From an uncultured SAR86 cluster bacterium (GTDB lineage: Bacteria > Pseudomonadota > Gammaproteobacteria > Magnimaribacterales > D2472): a DNA stretch of 64,000 bases. The stretch is taken from positions 85,035 through 149,034 of the forward strand of contig CACNRI010000002.1 in assembly GCA_902622845.1 (NCBI GenBank). Reading direction: 5' to 3'. Position 1 is the first letter of the stretch, and each line of letters opens with the position of its first letter. A program made the translations under genes and the position numbers. The notes below the pieces were generated by a model. It ran no database searches, was not told where the DNA came from, and worked only from the letters and a program-made list of their open reading frames with translations. Of the stretch, positions 60,593 through 64,000 are shown piece after piece.

Positions 60593-61371
60593 TGATATTG
60601 AGTTTAATAATTTCTTTTTTAATTGCTGCGCCATTCTTTTTATATATTTTTAATATTGGAAATAGGGCGAGATCGCTTGCCCTTTTCTTTGGCTTATTAA
60701 TTATTTTCATTCCCTCTTTCCTTTTTTTGAGTAAATACTCTGTAATTGGCTCATCAAAGGAGATAATTCTTGTTAGCGAAGTGAATTCTAAGATAATTTC
60801 GGGCGAGGCTTTAAAAACATCAGATTTAAAAAAAATAAGAAACTTTGCTCCTGAGGATGAGCTAGTTTTATGGTTTGAAGAGATTATAAGAAAGTCCATT
60901 CAAGAAAATAATTTAGATACTGCAGAACTCACTCTTAGATATGCTGAAGAAGATTTTATGCAATCTGGTAATGAGACCTCCTATTATTTTCTTTTTTCAC
61001 TTTTAAGAGATAAAAAATTTCCTCAATTTGCTTCTGCGTCAATCACATTAGATATCTCTGATCTACCCAAATGCGCCATTGAAAACTCTGTCTTTAAGAT
61101 TTTTATCAATGATGGACCTCTTATTCCTTTAGCAATCTCACAAAATAACTCCAGTGAGGTTGCTCACAAGATTACAAATGCTAATTCTCCAATTCCTGGA
61201 TTTGATATATCTTCTGCATTTATGAATGAATCTACTCTTCGAATTATCTCCAAAGTAATTTGTAAGAATGATGATATTTTTGAGGCAAAAAGACTGTTTA
61301 AATTGTCCAAAAATGATGTGAATGTGACCTATAAAATCCCTTCAAATCAATGGTTAATAGCCCTTAAATAA
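60589..61371 (+). CDS. CcmI/CycH-like protein (divergent, shortened)
   Basis: Two N-terminal TMs; last gene of the ccm operon; C-terminal beta-rich region (PLIPLA...SPIPGFDISSA...LRIISKV) resembles the CycH C-domain. Confidence 0.5.
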   Translation: MMILSLIISFLIAAPFFLYIFNIGNRARSLALFFGLLIIFIPSFLFLSKYSVIGSSKEIILVSEVNSKIISGEALKTSDLKKIRNFAPEDELVLWFEEIIRKSIQENNLDTAELTLRYAEEDFMQSGNETSYYFLFSLLRDKKFPQFASASITLDISDLPKCAIENSVFKIFINDGPLIPLAISQNNSSEVAHKITNANSPIPGFDISSAFMNESTLRIISKVICKNDDIFEAKRLFKLSKNDVNVTYKIPSNQWLIALK

Positions 61372-61406
61372 GGTAAAATAAGCATTTAATTTATTGATAT
61401 TTTTTG

Positions 61407-63590
61407 ATGCAGCTTAAGCACATTAAATTGGCTGGTTTCAAAAGTTTCGTGGATCCCACGAGGATATCTTTCCCAACAAATATGGTAGCCGTTGTAGGTC
61501 CAAATGGATGTGGAAAATCTAATATTATCGATGCTGTCAGATGGGTGCTTGGTGAACTCTCAGCAAAAAATCTCAGAGGCGATTCAATGTCAGATGTTAT
61601 TTTTAATGGATCTGAGCAAAGAAAGCCATCTGGGCAGTGTAGTATTGAACTTTTATTTGATAACTCAAGTGGAAAAGTTGGAGGCGAGTATGCAGCTTTC
61701 AATGAGATATCCGTAAAAAGAGTTATGACTAGAGATAGTCAATCAAGTTATTACATCAATAACACTAAGTGCAGAAGGAAAGATGTTCAGGATATTTTTC
61801 TTGGAACAGGGCTTGGCCCAAGCAGTTATGCAATTATCGAGCAAGGAATGGTTTCCTCTTTGGTAAGTGCAAAGCCTGAGGAGTTAAGAACACACATCGA
61901 AGAGGCTGCAGGGGTTTCAAAATATAGAGAAAGAAGAAAGGAAACAGAAAGCAGAATAAAAAAGACAAAGGAAAACTTATCTAGAGTCAATGACATCAGA
62001 GATGAAATTGGAAGATTGATAAGAAGATTAGAAAGCCAGGCTAAAGCTGCTGATAGATACAAAGATTATAAAAATCAAGAAAAAGAAAAAGAGTTGAATG
62101 TTGCTATCCTGTTTTCTCTTGATGCCAGAGACAAAAGAGATCTTTTGAATAATAATCTCGCAGCGCTTCAAAAGGATGAGTCTATAAAAGAATCAGAAGT
62201 TTCAGTAAAGCAAGCTAAGCTTGATCAATACAAAACAGAGCATGAATCAGTTCTTTCTAAATATGAAGATGCACAGAAAAAGTTTTATGAGGTTGGGTCA
62301 GAAATAGCGAGGTTTGAACAGAATCTTCAAAATATTAGAACAACTAAAGATAATACGACGAGAGAACTTGAGAGAGTAAAAGCGGCTTATGAAGATGCTC
62401 TTGAAAAAGCTTCAGATTTTGAAAACTTGTCTCCCAAAGAGAAGGCTATTCACTTAATAGATGAAATTATTTCTAAAATCTCTATTCCTGAAATCAAAAG
62501 CAAAGCAGAACAACTTAAAGATATATTGCTCAGCATATTCAATATTGTTCTTAAACAGTCTAAAGAAATTAGCGATGAATATCTAAACCAGCAAGAAAAC
62601 CTAGAGACAGAACTTAAGAAAACAACGCAAAGCTCAAAAGAAATTTCTACAAAACTTCAAGAGCTTATAGAGACAAGTGCCTCTGCAGAAGCTGAGTTAA
62701 ACTCTATTAGAAAAGACCAACAAGAAGTAGATAGAGAAATAAGAAGATTGGAAAATGAAAAAAGTGTTTCCCTATTGGATCTTAAAGCAATTCAGGAAAA
62801 AATAACCAATACAAAAATTGAAATAAGTTCTCATAGTGTTCATCTTGAAAATTCATCAAAAAGAATATCTGAATCGGGAATTGATATTAATGATATTGAC
62901 AGAGCCAACTATCAAGATTTATCAATAGAAGAACTTCAATCGGAACTTGAGACCATTAGATCTAAAATTATCAGATTGGGTGCCATCAATTTAGCAGCTC
63001 CAGATGAAATTGCTGAGGAGAGAAAAAGAAAAGATGAGTTGGATAAGCAAAATGAAGACTTAGAAGAAGCACTTGAGAAGTTAAACAAGGCCATTTCACA
63101 AATCGATAAAGAGACTAAAGAAAAATTTATTGAGAGTTTTGATGCAGTAAATAAAAGATTGAAATCTATCTTCCCAATAATGTTTGGAGGAGGTAATGCA
63201 GAGTTATCTCTTACTGATAATAGCTACCTAAATGCTGGTGTTAAGCTTATGGCTCGCCCACCAGGTAAAAAGAATTCGACTCTTTCGCAGTTATCAGGTG
63301 GAGAAAAGGCTATGACCGCTTTAGCTTTAGTCTTTGCTTTGTTTGAATTAAATCCTGCACCTTTTTGCCTACTCGATGAAGTTGATGCGCCGCTTGATGA
63401 TCTAAATACTTCAAGATTTATCAATATGGTTGAAGAAATGTCAAAGAAAATTCAGTTTATCTTTATAACCCATAACAAGGTATCAATGGAAAAAAGTGAC
63501 CACCTAATGGGAGTTACAATGCAAGAAGCTGGTGTTTCCAGAGTCGTGTCTGTTGATGTTAATCAAGCAGTAGAGTTCGCAGCCCAATAA
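61407..63590 (+). CDS. smc: SMC-family ATPase, unusually short, no recognisable hinge
   Basis: GFKSF, GPNGCGKSN Walker A, IEQG Q-loop, EEAAG, LGAINLAA, LSGGEK signature, LDEVDAPLD, ITH; smc-zipA synteny. Confidence 0.93.
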   Translation: MQLKHIKLAGFKSFVDPTRISFPTNMVAVVGPNGCGKSNIIDAVRWVLGELSAKNLRGDSMSDVIFNGSEQRKPSGQCSIELLFDNSSGKVGGEYAAFNEISVKRVMTRDSQSSYYINNTKCRRKDVQDIFLGTGLGPSSYAIIEQGMVSSLVSAKPEELRTHIEEAAGVSKYRERRKETESRIKKTKENLSRVNDIRDEIGRLIRRLESQAKAADRYKDYKNQEKEKELNVAILFSLDARDKRDLLNNNLAALQKDESIKESEVSVKQAKLDQYKTEHESVLSKYEDAQKKFYEVGSEIARFEQNLQNIRTTKDNTTRELERVKAAYEDALEKASDFENLSPKEKAIHLIDEIISKISIPEIKSKAEQLKDILLSIFNIVLKQSKEISDEYLNQQENLETELKKTTQSSKEISTKLQELIETSASAEAELNSIRKDQQEVDREIRRLENEKSVSLLDLKAIQEKITNTKIEISSHSVHLENSSKRISESGIDINDIDRANYQDLSIEELQSELETIRSKIIRLGAINLAAPDEIAEERKRKDELDKQNEDLEEALEKLNKAISQIDKETKEKFIESFDAVNKRLKSIFPIMFGGGNAELSLTDNSYLNAGVKLMARPPGKKNSTLSQLSGGEKAMTALALVFALFELNPAPFCLLDEVDAPLDDLNTSRFINMVEEMSKKIQFIFITHNKVSMEKSDHLMGVTMQEAGVSRVVSVDVNQAVEFAAQ

Positions 63591-64000
63591 ATGCTTTCAA
63601 ATACTGAGATTTACTTAATAGGTTTAGGTTTTTTCTTAGCCATACTTGGGGCATTTCTTTATTTTAGAAAAGTATCTAATTCGAACAAAATGCTTTTGAA
63701 AGCAAAGCAGGCAAATTTAAAGGACTTTAGCTATAAAAGTGAAGCTTTCGCAAAGCAAGATTTAGTGATTCTATATTTATTTAGTATTGATGATAACTTC
63801 TTTGATATGAGTCAATTAAATGATTTTTTAATTAATTATGGATTACAAAAGAATGATGACTTCTTTTCTATTTATGACAATGATATTGAGAAATTTAGAG
63901 TGGCAAATGCCATAAAACCAGGCACTCTTAATGAAGATACTCAAACTCAAGCATTACTTTTAGCGACTGATCTGGCTGCACAGGAAAACGCAACTGACAG
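63591..64000 (+). CDS. zipA: ZipA-like cell division protein (partial, runs off the window end)
   Basis: ATG 63591; N-terminal TM (IYLIGLGFFLAILGAFLYFRK); FRVANAIKPGTL resembles the ZipA FtsZ-binding-domain FSxANxxKPGTF; directly after smc. Confidence 0.75.
   Translation, partial: MLSNTEIYLIGLGFFLAILGAFLYFRKVSNSNKMLLKAKQANLKDFSYKSEAFAKQDLVILYLFSIDDNFFDMSQLNDFLINYGLQKNDDFFSIYDNDIEKFRVANAIKPGTLNEDTQTQALLLATDLAAQENATD

Noticed and set aside
393-63424. Numerous 60-125 aa ORFs antisense to or nested in annotated genes (e.g. 11016-11393, 9424-9780, 45046-45387, 61391-61702)
   Set aside because: Shadow ORFs on the opposite strand or in alternate frames of well-conserved genes; no motifs or RBS
61407-63590. 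SMC as a Wadjet/MksB, RecN or SbcC protein, or as a pseudogene
   Set aside because: The head motifs are those of canonical SMC, the ORF is uninterrupted, it lies in the housekeeping smc-zipA position, and no jet/mks/sbcD genes are adjacent
1-64000. CRISPR arrays, IS elements, rRNA, defence systems
   Set aside because: No regularly spaced repeats, transposase or integrase motifs, rRNA-like segments or recognisable defence genes found by eye

Overview
AT-rich, very gene-dense chromosomal segment. Intergenic gaps are tiny and many start/stop codons overlap. It most likely comes from a genome-streamlined marine gammaproteobacterium (SAR86-like; inferred from gene order, composition and protein style, not proven). 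Content in order: leuC(end)-leuD-leuB-asd-fimV-truA-trpF-trpB-trpA-accD-dedD-cvpA-purF; acnB; a LexA-boxed umuDC; lpxH-ppiB; tRNA-Asn; uvrB; purL; alaS-lysC-pyrC-tRNA-Ser; a photolyase with an unannotated DUF2256 ORF; folE-maf-cysS; a lipoprotein esterase cluster; thrS-yidD; a steroid 5-alpha-reductase-like gene; a secreted nuclease and a nucleotidase; metY; a full ccmA-I operon (including an unannotated ccmD); smc-zipA. No integrase, transposase, CRISPR array or rRNA was seen. Main observations: (1) the SMC, in the normal smc-zipA position, is only about 727 aa and has no recognisable hinge domain; (2) an FeS-less bacterial (6-4) photolyase overlaps a small 4-Cys protein gene; (3) UmuD has Arg where the catalytic Lys normally is; (4) three monocistronic secreted NIPSNAP/DABB-like proteins; (5) alphaproteobacteria-like thrS/folE/cysS, with an altered ThrRS editing motif; (6) folC and csrA are missing from their usual operon positions.
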